This document shows positions 36,921 through 46,958 of a stretch of 64,000 nt of DNA, in pieces. The stretch is from a virus. The notes below the pieces were generated by a model, which saw nothing but the letters and a program-made list of their open reading frames with translations, did not search any database and had not been told where the DNA came from. The stretch lies in the IMG/VR virus record IMGVR_UViG_3300028920_000073. One strand, given 5' to 3'. Position 1 is the first letter of the stretch. Each line of letters opens with the position of its first letter. The translations under genes and the position numbers were made by a program.

Positions 36921-39279
36921 GCAAATGTTTAAAGAAAAGCAACACGTGGTTTTAAACCATGATTTTCGTGTGTTTATATATGGTACAGAAGTTACTCCTT
37001 TTGTAACTCAGTCGATTACTATAAACAGGACTGACAGAGAAGGAACAGGATTATGTACTTTTATATTATCCAATCCTAACAATATCTTTGTTGTTACTCC
37101 TGAAAACTTAGGTTATGAAAATTTTTATAATAAGGAAAAAGATAAAATAGGACTTCGTAAAATAAAAAACAAAAACGAACAGAAAAAAAGAGAAAGCAAC
37201 TATTCAAATTTACAAAAAAGAACAGAAGAAAGAATTGAAAAATTAAATGAAGAATTAAAACAAATAGAAGGATCTGATTATGATGATCTTCAAGAACAAT
37301 CAAAATCAAAGCAATCAAAATTAAGCAGACTAAATAGAACTATAAATTCACTTAATAATCAAAGAAAAAGAGCAGTTGAAGAATTACATCTGTCGCCAAC
37401 AATAAGAAGAAGAACGGAAGAGGAAATAAATAAAAATATAAATGAGATAGATAGAAAAATAGAAGTTGTAAAAGGTCAAATAGCAACAACTTCAGCATCA
37501 AAAAATGAAACAATCAGATCTAAGTTTCTTAAAAGAAGTATAGAACAAGAAAAGAAAATACAACAAGAGATAAGTGAAATTGCATCTGGCAAAGAAGAAA
37601 AATTTACAAATGCAAGATTTAGAGTATCAAATATATATGATTCAAGAGAAACAGATATATACAGTGAATTTGTAAAACAACAATTATTCATTAATAAAAA
37701 AGCAATGAATGATTTGTCAAAACCAGATCCTATAACAGGTCAAAAAATGTATAGCTTAGATATTGGATCAGTTATATTTCATAAAAATGATGCTGTCAGA
37801 GTGTTTATATCAGACCCCCAAAGTGAGGCTGCAATAAGTCAAGAAGATGACAAAGGAAGATGGATTCCTATGTTTACAGGATTTATACAATCACATCCAA
37901 AATCAACTGAGTACAGACAAGGAATGTCAACAATAACAATATCTTGTTATGATATAAAAGCATTGATGCAAAAAAGCAGAGTACAAACAAATTGGTATCT
38001 AACTTCAAAAAAAATGCCCAAACAAATAAGGTTTAAAGAAGATGCTGGATACTTTAGAGATGTTGTAAGAAAAGGAAATAATGGGTTTATGAACTCTTAT
38101 GCAGGAACAACTTTTGACAGAATTATTCTTGAATTAACAACAGGTGTAACTTCCTTTGATGAAGGTTTTTTAGATAACAATAGAGGAAAAATAGGTGCTT
38201 ATATTATCACAAGTAAAGGTCTCAGCAGTAGAATAGAAAATAATAAAGATATAGCCTTTGGTAACTTTGTTCCAGGAGCAAAATTCGAATTTTCAGGATT
38301 AAAACAAGGACAAACACAAGAACAAGTTGTTGAAATGTTAGAAGAGTGGAATGACCTTCTTGTTTTTGGAACAAACATGAAATTCTTTACATCAAAAGAA
38401 GTTGAAGATGTTGGAGCAGGAACAAAACTCTATGGGGAATATGATCCTTGGGATGGTGCTGTACATGCTTTATTACCTGCTAAAGGAGTAGGTGATAATT
38501 CTACAATTAAACTTTTTGATCAAGTAAGAACCATAAAAAACGAACATGGAACTCAATTAGAATTCAGTACAAGATATGATCTGATAAATGAAGTATGCAA
38601 TAGAATAGATTATCAATGGCACGTTAACGGTATTGGTGATATTGTATTTGAATTCCCTATGTATGATTTTGATCCTTCTGATTTTGGAAAATACAGAGAT
38701 ACATATGTTATAAATGAAACACTTTATGAAGATTTAATAAATGATGAGTCAGGAGATATAGTTTCTGGTATACAATTAACAGGAGAAAGATCTTCATCTG
38801 ATGTAGAAAGCACTCAAGCTAAAATAGGTAGCTGGAAACAGCAAACATATGTAAAATCAGATCACCTAGCATCTAGATATGGAGTTACTATTGAACAATA
38901 CCAAGTACCTTACATATTTGCTAATACATTAGGACAAAGGAAGGCATTAGAAACACAAGGTCTTGTTGAATTTATAAAAAAATTAGCAAATGCTAATGAA
39001 ATAGATATGCAATTCTGTTACAGACCTTATTTGTACCCAAATAAACCAATAATAAATGTTGAAAACAGAAGAGCAGGATGGATATCTGGAATTGCTTTCG
39101 CTTTTAATTTATTTGCTGATGTTACTTCTGGAGTTACTATCAAGTATGTAAGACATGCTGACGAAGAAGGAAATTATAGATTTATTTTCGGTGGAAAAAG
39201 TCTACCTATATCATACAAAAAAGGAACAATACAAATATCAAAAAAAGGATCTGATGGTATTGATGTATTATCTTCCTAA
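36913..39279 (+). CDS. Baseplate hub-type tail protein
   Basis: DFRVFIYGTEVTPFV..ITINR..GLCTFILSN; ITISCYDIKALMQK; RPYLYPNKPI late-control-D-like C-terminus; next to spike gene. Confidence 0.65.
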   Translation: MAEQMFKEKQHVVLNHDFRVFIYGTEVTPFVTQSITINRTDREGTGLCTFILSNPNNIFVVTPENLGYENFYNKEKDKIGLRKIKNKNEQKKRESNYSNLQKRTEERIEKLNEELKQIEGSDYDDLQEQSKSKQSKLSRLNRTINSLNNQRKRAVEELHLSPTIRRRTEEEINKNINEIDRKIEVVKGQIATTSASKNETIRSKFLKRSIEQEKKIQQEISEIASGKEEKFTNARFRVSNIYDSRETDIYSEFVKQQLFINKKAMNDLSKPDPITGQKMYSLDIGSVIFHKNDAVRVFISDPQSEAAISQEDDKGRWIPMFTGFIQSHPKSTEYRQGMSTITISCYDIKALMQKSRVQTNWYLTSKKMPKQIRFKEDAGYFRDVVRKGNNGFMNSYAGTTFDRIILELTTGVTSFDEGFLDNNRGKIGAYIITSKGLSSRIENNKDIAFGNFVPGAKFEFSGLKQGQTQEQVVEMLEEWNDLLVFGTNMKFFTSKEVEDVGAGTKLYGEYDPWDGAVHALLPAKGVGDNSTIKLFDQVRTIKNEHGTQLEFSTRYDLINEVCNRIDYQWHVNGIGDIVFEFPMYDFDPSDFGKYRDTYVINETLYEDLINDESGDIVSGIQLTGERSSSDVESTQAKIGSWKQQTYVKSDHLASRYGVTIEQYQVPYIFANTLGQRKALETQGLVEFIKKLANANEIDMQFCYRPYLYPNKPIINVENRRAGWISGIAFAFNLFADVTSGVTIKYVRHADEEGNYRFIFGGKSLPISYKKGTIQISKKGSDGIDVLSS

Positions 39280-39314
39280 TCAGATTCAGAACCGGAAGAT
39301 AAGGAAAGCTAATT

Positions 39315-40496
39315 ATGTCAAATTTTCAAACACCAGAACAGCTAAATAGAAAAGCTGATAAAGAGCTAAGAGAAAGACAGAAAAATATATATGGTGGTAC
39401 TGTACATGATCAAGTAATGAGTGTTAATCATATTAATGAAAAAATAACATTAAGGTTTAGAGAAACTCCTATAGGTATTAGACATCCTCATTTAAGTATT
39501 AATTCTTGGATAAGATCTACAGTTGAAGTAGGAACTTCATGTACAACACAATACTCACAAGATTTAAAAACTCCAGAAATAGCAAGCTATAAAGAATTAG
39601 ATTCAACTGATAGATTAGAAGCATATGGTAGAGAAAAAAGCCTGTATAGACCACTTGATCAAGGAGCCATAGATATTATGAGTAAAGGAATGGCTACAGT
39701 GTACTTTGGGAAAAGAACAGTAAAAGAAAGTACAACTGGTGTTATAAGATCTTGGGAAGATAATGATACTTTAGAGCATGGTGTTTTTTCTCCTATACAT
39801 AGAAGAACAATGAATAAGCATGTTCCAGAAGAATATGGAGATGAAGAAAGACTTGGAGTTGTTAAAAGAAAGACGTCACCCAATTTTTCTAAATATCCAA
39901 AATTAGAGGATGAAAGTTTCGCTAAAGAACATTCTTTTAATCTAAAAGATTTTAATAATAATGAACTTGTAGATTTTAAAGAGGGTCATGTTTTCGATGG
40001 AAAGGGACAAAGAGTAACAAGCACTAAAACAAGTATACCTTTAAGATTATTAAAAAAGCTTTTTACTTTAACTGGAAAAGATCTTAAAATTGAAGTAGAT
40101 GAAAAAGGAAATTTAGTTATTAATTTTCCTGAAGATGCAGAACTAGCAGCAATGATAAACATTCCAGAAGGTTCTTTTGAGTTAACAATTGGAAAAGATA
40201 AGAAAATAAACGTTTCAGGTTTAACTCAAGTAATAACATCAGGAGATACAACAATCATATCATCAAAAGGTGATGTTACAATAGATGGTCAAAAAAATAG
40301 AATATTGTTAGGACAAAATTCAACACATCCTTTATTATATGGTGACACCTTTCTTACTGCTTTGACAAGTTTTTTAACAAAACTTTCTGCTCATGTTCAT
40401 CCAGGAGTAGGTCCCTCTCCAACAATAGCAGCAGATTCTTCAGTGTTTTTAAAGGATGTTGCTAACGCACAAAGTAGAACCGTTACAACTAAATAG
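39315..40496 (+). CDS. Baseplate central spike (gp5/gpV-like)
   Basis: N-terminal OB-like region, beta-helical repeats, C-terminal AHVHPG (HxH metal-binding tip). Confidence 0.75.
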   Translation: MSNFQTPEQLNRKADKELRERQKNIYGGTVHDQVMSVNHINEKITLRFRETPIGIRHPHLSINSWIRSTVEVGTSCTTQYSQDLKTPEIASYKELDSTDRLEAYGREKSLYRPLDQGAIDIMSKGMATVYFGKRTVKESTTGVIRSWEDNDTLEHGVFSPIHRRTMNKHVPEEYGDEERLGVVKRKTSPNFSKYPKLEDESFAKEHSFNLKDFNNNELVDFKEGHVFDGKGQRVTSTKTSIPLRLLKKLFTLTGKDLKIEVDEKGNLVINFPEDAELAAMINIPEGSFELTIGKDKKINVSGLTQVITSGDTTIISSKGDVTIDGQKNRILLGQNSTHPLLYGDTFLTALTSFLTKLSAHVHPGVGPSPTIAADSSVFLKDVANAQSRTVTTK

Positions 40497-40504
40497 GAAT
40501 AAAA

Positions 40505-40954
40505 ATGAGTGATGTATTACCAGATCCAGTAGAAGAAGTTAAAGATATAGAACAATCAACACAACAAAAATTAACTCCTCCTATTAAAAAACCGATAGTA
40601 GAAGGATCTGGAATAAATGCAACTCTTCCTTCTTTCATAAGTAATCTTAAAAAAGTTTTTATTGATTTTGAGATAGAAAAAATAAGAATTTTTGGTGGGG
40701 ACATAGAAGAATCTTTAAAAAAAGATACAAGATTACAAAAAGCAATAGAAAAGATGTCAGAAGAATTAGGAGAACAAGTTAAAAAGTATATACTTGCTCA
40801 ATTAATAACTGTTAAAACAACAGTAAATAATGCATCTGTGATTCCGGCACCTGGTTATGCTGTTCCACCAGGAGGATTACTTACTGGTGTTTCTCAAGGA
40901 ACAGCAACAACATTAAATAATCAGCCAGGACCAGCTAACGTTGTTATAAAATGA
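40505..40954 (+). CDS. Putative baseplate-associated protein
   Basis: 149 aa directly after spike; Gly/Pro-rich beta C-terminus. Confidence 0.5.
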   Translation: MSDVLPDPVEEVKDIEQSTQQKLTPPIKKPIVEGSGINATLPSFISNLKKVFIDFEIEKIRIFGGDIEESLKKDTRLQKAIEKMSEELGEQVKKYILAQLITVKTTVNNASVIPAPGYAVPPGGLLTGVSQGTATTLNNQPGPANVVIK

Positions 40955-41187
40955 ACAATCAAGAAATACTTGATGATATTTGTAGTAGGTTCAAAAAAAG
41001 AATCAGTAAATGGGATTTTAATAAAAAACTTTCTAGAAAAGATTATATGGAAAAATGTATGATGGAAGTAAATGATATAATGGAAAAAATGGAAATAAAA
41101 CATTTACATATTCCCATACTAATTAAAGTTAGTTTTGTTAATAGAATTATAGATGTTTCTTTTTTCCTTCAAGAACCTACAAAATAA
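40951..41187 (+). CDS. Hypothetical protein
   Basis: 78 aa, ATGA overlap. Confidence 0.55.
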   Translation: MNNQEILDDICSRFKKRISKWDFNKKLSRKDYMEKCMMEVNDIMEKMEIKHLHIPILIKVSFVNRIIDVSFFLQEPTK

Positions 41188-41283
41188 TACCCATAATAGA
41201 TGTTTATATTAAAGGTTTTGTTACCGTTTTGTTTCAATGAACTAAATAAACTAAAGTTTAATTTTTATAAACACTGTAAAAAC

Positions 41284-41655
41284 ATGTTGAAGAGATCTTA
41301 TATAATTAAAAATGGTAAAATAGAACAAACGTTAAGATCAAAGAAAAAAAGAAAAACATCATTAACAAGTATACATAGACAACTGATATTAATATGCAAA
41401 GAATTAAAATTAAGATATGTAATAGAAAAAAAATTTGGTAGATATAAGGCTGATATATATCTTCCTGATTATAACATCATTCTTGAAGCAGACGGATCTT
41501 ATTGGCATAATCTAAACAAAAAAAGAGATAGAATAAGAGACATAAGATTGGAAAGAGATTTTAAAGTTAAAGTTTACAGATTTTCAGATATCGAACTAGA
41601 GAACGAACCAAGAACAGTATTTTCTAAACTAAAAGAAATAACAACAAACAAATAA
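41284..41655 (+). CDS. DUF559/Vsr-like PD-(D/E)xK endonuclease
   Basis: RYKADIYLP..IILEADGSYWH...RDRIRD..L...VYRF; start may be 41200. Confidence 0.8.
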   Translation: MLKRSYIIKNGKIEQTLRSKKKRKTSLTSIHRQLILICKELKLRYVIEKKFGRYKADIYLPDYNIILEADGSYWHNLNKKRDRIRDIRLERDFKVKVYRFSDIELENEPRTVFSKLKEITTNK

Positions 41656-41665
41656 AGGAGAAAAA

Positions 41666-41911
41666 ATGAATTTATATGTAGGAAACCTTAACTACAGGAC
41701 AACAGAAGAAGAATTAAAAGATATTTTTTCACAACATGGAAATGTTGTAAGTGCAAAGATCATAAACGATAGAGAAACAGGACGACCTAAAGGATTCGGT
41801 TTTGTTGAAATGAGTAATGATGATCAAGCAAGAAAAGCTATTGCAGAACTTGATGGATCAGAACAATCCGGACGGCAGATAAAAGTTAATGAAGCAAGAC
41901 CTAGAAAATAA
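41666..41911 (+). CDS. Bacterial-type RRM RNA-binding protein
   Basis: RNP2 LYVGNL and RNP1 KGFGFVEM; ends IKVNEARPR. Confidence 0.95.
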   Translation: MNLYVGNLNYRTTEEELKDIFSQHGNVVSAKIINDRETGRPKGFGFVEMSNDDQARKAIAELDGSEQSGRQIKVNEARPRK

Positions 41912-41913
41912 AG

Positions 41914-42174
41914 ATGGATATTCTTGAAGTTGTTTCGGAGTTAAATAGTAAAGCTCTTTATCCTACAGATCTAAAAGATGCTGTTATAGGATGGGTAGAG
42001 AGGTTTGGAATGGAACCTCAAGTTTTACTAGATAAAAACAAGTGCATAGATATTCTCATGAAAAGGGATGGAATGAGTCAGTCAGAAGCTTTTGAATTTT
42101 TTGATTTTAATATTATAGGATCAGGAATGGGACATGATTCAAGCCCATGTTTTGCAGTTTTAGATAAAGGTTAA
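41914..42174 (+). CDS. Conserved phage hypothetical protein
   Basis: AVIG...CIDILMKRDGMSQSEAFEFFDFNIIG motif common in environmental phages. Confidence 0.65.
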   Translation: MDILEVVSELNSKALYPTDLKDAVIGWVERFGMEPQVLLDKNKCIDILMKRDGMSQSEAFEFFDFNIIGSGMGHDSSPCFAVLDKG

Positions 42175-42176
42175 AT

Positions 42177-42539
42177 ATGGATTTAAAAAATCTAAGTGAT
42201 ATACCAAAGGAAATACTAGAAAATAAAAAGGCTTTTCTTTTAACTAACTTAAATGATCTTAATATTTATGCTCAAGAAACATATATATCAAACAAATATA
42301 AAAGAAAAGAAAATGGTAATAATGTATACCAAGATCATACGAAGTTATTTCAACTTATAAAAGATGTAAAAGATATGAAGGGAACTATTATTGCTTACTC
42401 AGAAGGAGTACATTGTCCTGTTAAAATGATAGATGATCATGCTGATATATATGATGGTTATTTTCTTTATTATATAAGAAAGGAACCTTTTCCAAAAATA
42501 GAAATACTTCCATTTAAAACAAGAACTGTATTCAGATAA
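42177..42539 (+). CDS. Hypothetical protein
   Basis: 120 aa. Confidence 0.6.
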   Translation: MDLKNLSDIPKEILENKKAFLLTNLNDLNIYAQETYISNKYKRKENGNNVYQDHTKLFQLIKDVKDMKGTIIAYSEGVHCPVKMIDDHADIYDGYFLYYIRKEPFPKIEILPFKTRTVFR

Positions 42540-42561
42540 AAAATATTTATAGGAGATTGAT

Positions 42562-42921
42562 ATGGCAATAGCCCTTTTATATAGGAAAGATATTGTAAAA
42601 GTAATTGAAAAATCATATAACGTTAAGGTACCTGAAAAATTCCTAGATAAAATACCTGAAAAATTAAAGGTCAAACTTAAAGAAGGTGAAATTGAAAAAC
42701 TAGAAGTTAAACCAAAGGATGAACCTAACAATGAACCTGTTGTTGAATCAAAAAAAGAACAAAAGGAAGTAAAAAAACCAGAAAAAAACGGGTTAACAAA
42801 AAGCCAAACAGAACAATTAGAAAAAAAGAATTTTTTCACAAAACCTCCAAAGGAAAAACCCAAGCAACCAGAAACATATGATAACAGAAGACCACCTAAA
42901 TCAAAGACATTTATAAAATGA
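42562..42921 (+). CDS. Lys/Glu/Pro-rich hypothetical protein
   Basis: SD AGGAG; low-complexity C-terminus. Confidence 0.65.
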   Translation: MAIALLYRKDIVKVIEKSYNVKVPEKFLDKIPEKLKVKLKEGEIEKLEVKPKDEPNNEPVVESKKEQKEVKKPEKNGLTKSQTEQLEKKNFFTKPPKEKPKQPETYDNRRPPKSKTFIK

Positions 42922-45900
42922 GTATAGTTAAAAAATCTTGGTCAAAATTAGGTAAGACAACTGTATTAGGTACTTACTCTGAAGTCATGGATTACATAGA
43001 CTTCCTAATGTATGATGCAAATTGTCCTGTAGCATTTGATTCTGAAACAGATAATCTAAATAAAATAGAGAATACTTTAGCTGTTATGCAGTTTGCAACT
43101 GATACTAAAGAAGGTGTTATTTTTTATAATGATCATAAGTTTGGTAAATTCGATCCAGATCATCTTATAAAAATAAGAAAAAAATTCAGAAAATTGTTTA
43201 GACTTAAAAACAGTGTTAAATACTGGGTTATGCATAATGGTACATTTGATTTAGCTCAATTAATGGTTCAGCTTGGTATTGATTATGTATATGCTCCTAT
43301 AATTGATACAATGGTTTTTGCATTTCTTTTAAACGAAAATAGACTTCATTCAGATGTTGATGGTCCATATACATTAAAAACATTAGCTAAAGAAAAATTT
43401 AATTTTACTAGTTATGATGAAGATGTATTAGTAAAGAGATCAGAAGGAAATATACTCGACTTAACATATAAACAATTATCTGATTACTCTGCAATGGATG
43501 CATATGTAACAATGAGGTTACTAAAAGTATTAATAGCTTATGCAGACAAACAAAAATATAGAAAGAAGGTTATAAAACTTTTAAAGCATCTTATTTCTCC
43601 CTGTATTAAAATGTTCACAAGAATGTCTTTAAACGGTGCTTATGTAGATAAGGATCTTTTAAAGTTATTACTTAGATCAGATTCTCCTATAAGACATAGA
43701 GTTGATGAAATAAACAGAGAATACAAAAAAGATAAAAGATTAATAAAAGTAAACGAAGAATTATTTAGAAGTGAATCTCCAGGAGGAGTAAAACCAATGT
43801 TTAATACTGGAACTCCTTGGATGTTAGATTTATCAAAGAAAAAGCATAAGGAGATGATTTTCTATACATCAAAACATGGTTTCCGTTATAAAGACAAAAA
43901 GAATAAAAAGGGAAACTATGAGATGGGAAAAAAGTTCCAACAAAAATATAAAAACACAAATAAAATTGTCGCAATGTTTGAGGAACAACAACAATTAAAC
44001 AAACTTAAAAACTCATATATAGATGCTATTTTTAAACAGTTTAATGTTAGAGATGAAGAACTTAGTGATAACAAAGATGGAAGAGTAAGAGCTAACTTTC
44101 ATATGATAAGAACTGTTACAGGAAGAACGGCTTCATGTATTTCTAAAGGGACTTTTATAGAAGTAGTAAGAGATGTAAAAAGATATCCAAAAGGAATAAA
44201 AATTGAAAATATTAAAAAGGGAGATTTGGTATACTGTTTTAATAAAAACTGTAAACCTACTTTAAGAGAAGTTGAATGGTCTGGAAAAACAGGCTACAGG
44301 GAAGTAATAAGAGTACATTGGCAAAGTGCAGGTAATAGTGGATATTTAGATGTCACACCAGAACATAAAATAAGACTTGTAAACGGAAAATACAAAGAAG
44401 CACATAAATTAATTAAAGGTGATAGAACTTTAGCTATGCATAGGCATACTTGTTTAGATAAAGTTACATTTACAGGTCAAGATACAAGACATGATCATAG
44501 ATTTATTTGGGAAAAAACAAATAACAAAAAATTATCAAAAGAAGATAAGATACATCATATAGACGAAAATCATTATAATAACATCCCATCTAATTTAGAA
44601 AAAACAAATCTAAGCCTTCATGCTAAATTACATAACAATAAAGAAAAACATCCAAACTGGAGAAACATTTCCAGATATAGTATTATTAGATTATTATTCC
44701 TGTGTGGAGGAAAACCAGTTATAGCTAAAAATAAATATAAAGGCGATTACTCTTGTTTAATGAATAAAATCAAAAGATATAAAATAAACTGGAAGGATAT
44801 ATCTTTTAGATTTGGGAAAGATGGAAAATACATATCAAAACAAAGATTAAAAAAGTATGTGGGAATAAATATAGAAACCGCAACAAAGGAATTAAAAATA
44901 GGAAGTAGACGATTAAAAGAATTATCTTCTTTTTATAGTTTACCTTATGGAATACTATCAAAAAAAACATACCAACCTAAGTTGGGTATGCAAAAAAGAA
45001 AAGGCAATTCAGTTTTAAATAATCATGTAATAACAAAAATAGAAATTTTAAATAAAAAAGTTGATGTATATGATATAGAAGTAAAAGGAATACATAACTT
45101 TATAGCAAATGAAATCTGTGTACATAACTCAAATCCTAATCTTCAACAAGTTCCAAGAGCTGATAATCCAGTTAAAAAACTCATAAAAAGTTTATACTGT
45201 GCATCACCTGGAAAAATAAGTGTTCAAGTGGATTTTGCTTCTAACGAATATAGATTATGGGCAGCATTATCTGAAGACTCTTATTTGTGTGATCTACTAA
45301 ACGATTCTTATGAGGCAGGAGAAAAGTTTAGAAGAAACCCAAGTAAAAAGCTAGAAAAGAGATATAAGGATATGGCTGATTTTCATAAGATAACAGCTTC
45401 AATTATGTATAACAAAAATATCAGTGATGTGACAAAGGATTTAAGACAAATATCTAAGGGTATTAACTTCGGTTTACTTTATGGTATGGGAATAAAAACA
45501 TTAGCAGTTCAGTTAGGAAAATCTGTTGATGAAACACAGGAGCTAAAAAATAAGGTATTTAATAAATTTAAAGATGGTAGTAAGTGGATTGAAAACACAC
45601 AAAGAATTGTTCAGTTACAAGGGTATGTTGAAACTCCTATATTTAGACGTAGAAGATTACATAATCTTTTGAAAAGTGGTGATGAAGAGAAGGTAGCAAG
45701 AGCTATAAGATTTGCTGTTAACTCTCCTGTACAAGCTATAGCATCTGACGTTTCTTTGATATCATGTTTTTTATTAGATGAATATATTAGAAAAAATAAA
45801 AAGGATTGGTTACTTGTAAACAGTGTTCATGATTCATGTATGGCAGAAATATATCCAGATGATTTAATGGAGTATGCAAGAGTAGTTAGACAAATATTTT

Positions 45901-46157
45901 GTATAGATGTTGTGAATTACATAGATAAAAAATTTGGATGGAGAATGCCTTGTCCTGTTGATATTGACTTTGAAGTTAGTCAAGGTAAAGCATGGAAATG
46001 TAAAAAATGTAATAACCAGTATATATACTCTGAAAAAAGATGTCCTAAATGTGAGTCCCTTAAAAAAGAAAAAATAAAACTTAATAATGGATGGGGAACT
46101 TTAGTTGATTTCAATGAAACAAAACAAGATTATGAAAGAGTAAGTATGGGTTTTTAA
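42918..46157 (+). CDS. polA: Family A DNA polymerase (3'-5' exo + pol) with intein (about 748 aa after splicing)
   Basis: ExoI FDSET, ExoII HNGTFD, ExoIII YSAMD; TGRTAS|SNPNLQQVP; motif A VDFASNEYR, B KGINFGLLYG, C VHDS. Confidence 0.93.
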   Translation: MSIVKKSWSKLGKTTVLGTYSEVMDYIDFLMYDANCPVAFDSETDNLNKIENTLAVMQFATDTKEGVIFYNDHKFGKFDPDHLIKIRKKFRKLFRLKNSVKYWVMHNGTFDLAQLMVQLGIDYVYAPIIDTMVFAFLLNENRLHSDVDGPYTLKTLAKEKFNFTSYDEDVLVKRSEGNILDLTYKQLSDYSAMDAYVTMRLLKVLIAYADKQKYRKKVIKLLKHLISPCIKMFTRMSLNGAYVDKDLLKLLLRSDSPIRHRVDEINREYKKDKRLIKVNEELFRSESPGGVKPMFNTGTPWMLDLSKKKHKEMIFYTSKHGFRYKDKKNKKGNYEMGKKFQQKYKNTNKIVAMFEEQQQLNKLKNSYIDAIFKQFNVRDEELSDNKDGRVRANFHMIRTVTGRTASCISKGTFIEVVRDVKRYPKGIKIENIKKGDLVYCFNKNCKPTLREVEWSGKTGYREVIRVHWQSAGNSGYLDVTPEHKIRLVNGKYKEAHKLIKGDRTLAMHRHTCLDKVTFTGQDTRHDHRFIWEKTNNKKLSKEDKIHHIDENHYNNIPSNLEKTNLSLHAKLHNNKEKHPNWRNISRYSIIRLLFLCGGKPVIAKNKYKGDYSCLMNKIKRYKINWKDISFRFGKDGKYISKQRLKKYVGINIETATKELKIGSRRLKELSSFYSLPYGILSKKTYQPKLGMQKRKGNSVLNNHVITKIEILNKKVDVYDIEVKGIHNFIANEICVHNSNPNLQQVPRADNPVKKLIKSLYCASPGKISVQVDFASNEYRLWAALSEDSYLCDLLNDSYEAGEKFRRNPSKKLEKRYKDMADFHKITASIMYNKNISDVTKDLRQISKGINFGLLYGMGIKTLAVQLGKSVDETQELKNKVFNKFKDGSKWIENTQRIVQLQGYVETPIFRRRRLHNLLKSGDEEKVARAIRFAVNSPVQAIASDVSLISCFLLDEYIRKNKKDWLLVNSVHDSCMAEIYPDDLMEYARVVRQIFCIDVVNYIDKKFGWRMPCPVDIDFEVSQGKAWKCKKCNNQYIYSEKRCPKCESLKKEKIKLNNGWGTLVDFNETKQDYERVSMGF
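44136..45128 (+). mobile_element. Intein in PolA (331 aa, HNH HEN)
   Basis: CISKGT...EICVHN|S; HRFIWE...IHHIDENHYNN.PSNL HNH motif. Confidence 0.92.
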
Positions 46158-46349
46158 ATGAAAAAATGTCCTAGTTGTTTTGGTGAAGGTAAAAGACATT
46201 ATCAAGGTGAAGGTCTTTGTGAGTGTTGGGAATGTGGTGGTTCAGGTAAACATGACGATTATCTTAAAATAGATAAAGAAAAAAAGAAAAAGGAAGATGA
46301 TTTTTGGGAAAGACTTAAAAAGGAAGATCAAAAAATAAAGGAGAAATAA
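46158..46349 (+). CDS. Small DnaJ-type zinc-finger protein
   Basis: CPSCFGEG...CWECGGSG. Confidence 0.7.
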   Translation: MKKCPSCFGEGKRHYQGEGLCECWECGGSGKHDDYLKIDKEKKKKEDDFWERLKKEDQKIKEK

Positions 46350-46350
46350 A

Positions 46351-46794
46351 ATGAAACTAACAATAAAGGATATAACAAAAATAGGTTTTTCTGAAGCATT
46401 AGGAGAACTGCTTAAATACAGCTTTCCGATAAAAACAACTATGCAGATAGCAGAAAGTACAACTATAATAGATACAAAGTTAGAAGAGTACGCAAAAATA
46501 GAAAATGCAAAACTAGACATGTATGGAAAGAAAGATGAAAACAATAAATTAGTTAAAAAGGATATAATGAACATGCCTGGAAGATCTATTGTAGAATTTG
46601 CAACCAAAGAAGACGAAGATAAATATATAAATGAAATGAATGAAGTTAAGAAAAAAGAAATAGAAATACCTCTTTCTGAACCCATTGATATAATTGAAGT
46701 TGAAAAAAGACATAAGGAATTAAAAAAGCCTTTTGATGTAACTCCTGAAACCATCATTAACCTTGGAAAGCTGGTTAAACCTTTAAAAGGATAA
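46351..46794 (+). CDS. Conserved phage hypothetical protein
   Basis: 147 aa, SD AAGGAG. Confidence 0.7.
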   Translation: MKLTIKDITKIGFSEALGELLKYSFPIKTTMQIAESTTIIDTKLEEYAKIENAKLDMYGKKDENNKLVKKDIMNMPGRSIVEFATKEDEDKYINEMNEVKKKEIEIPLSEPIDIIEVEKRHKELKKPFDVTPETIINLGKLVKPLKG

Positions 46795-46796
46795 AA

Positions 46797-46958
46797 ATGT
46801 TAAGCAAAAAGCTAGAACCCTTTGCGAACAAATTGTTAAAAAACATACAAAAGGATTGTAAAAAGCTTAGTCCGGATGAAGTTCTGTTGATATTAGAATA
46901 TTTAAAAATAGATATTTCTTTATCAACAGTTCAGGCATTAGCGAATCAAGAAAAATGA
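46797..46958 (+). CDS. Small hypothetical protein (53 aa)
   Basis: Fills gap, ATGA overlap with next gene. Confidence 0.5.
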   Translation: MLSKKLEPFANKLLKNIQKDCKKLSPDEVLLILEYLKIDISLSTVQALANQEK

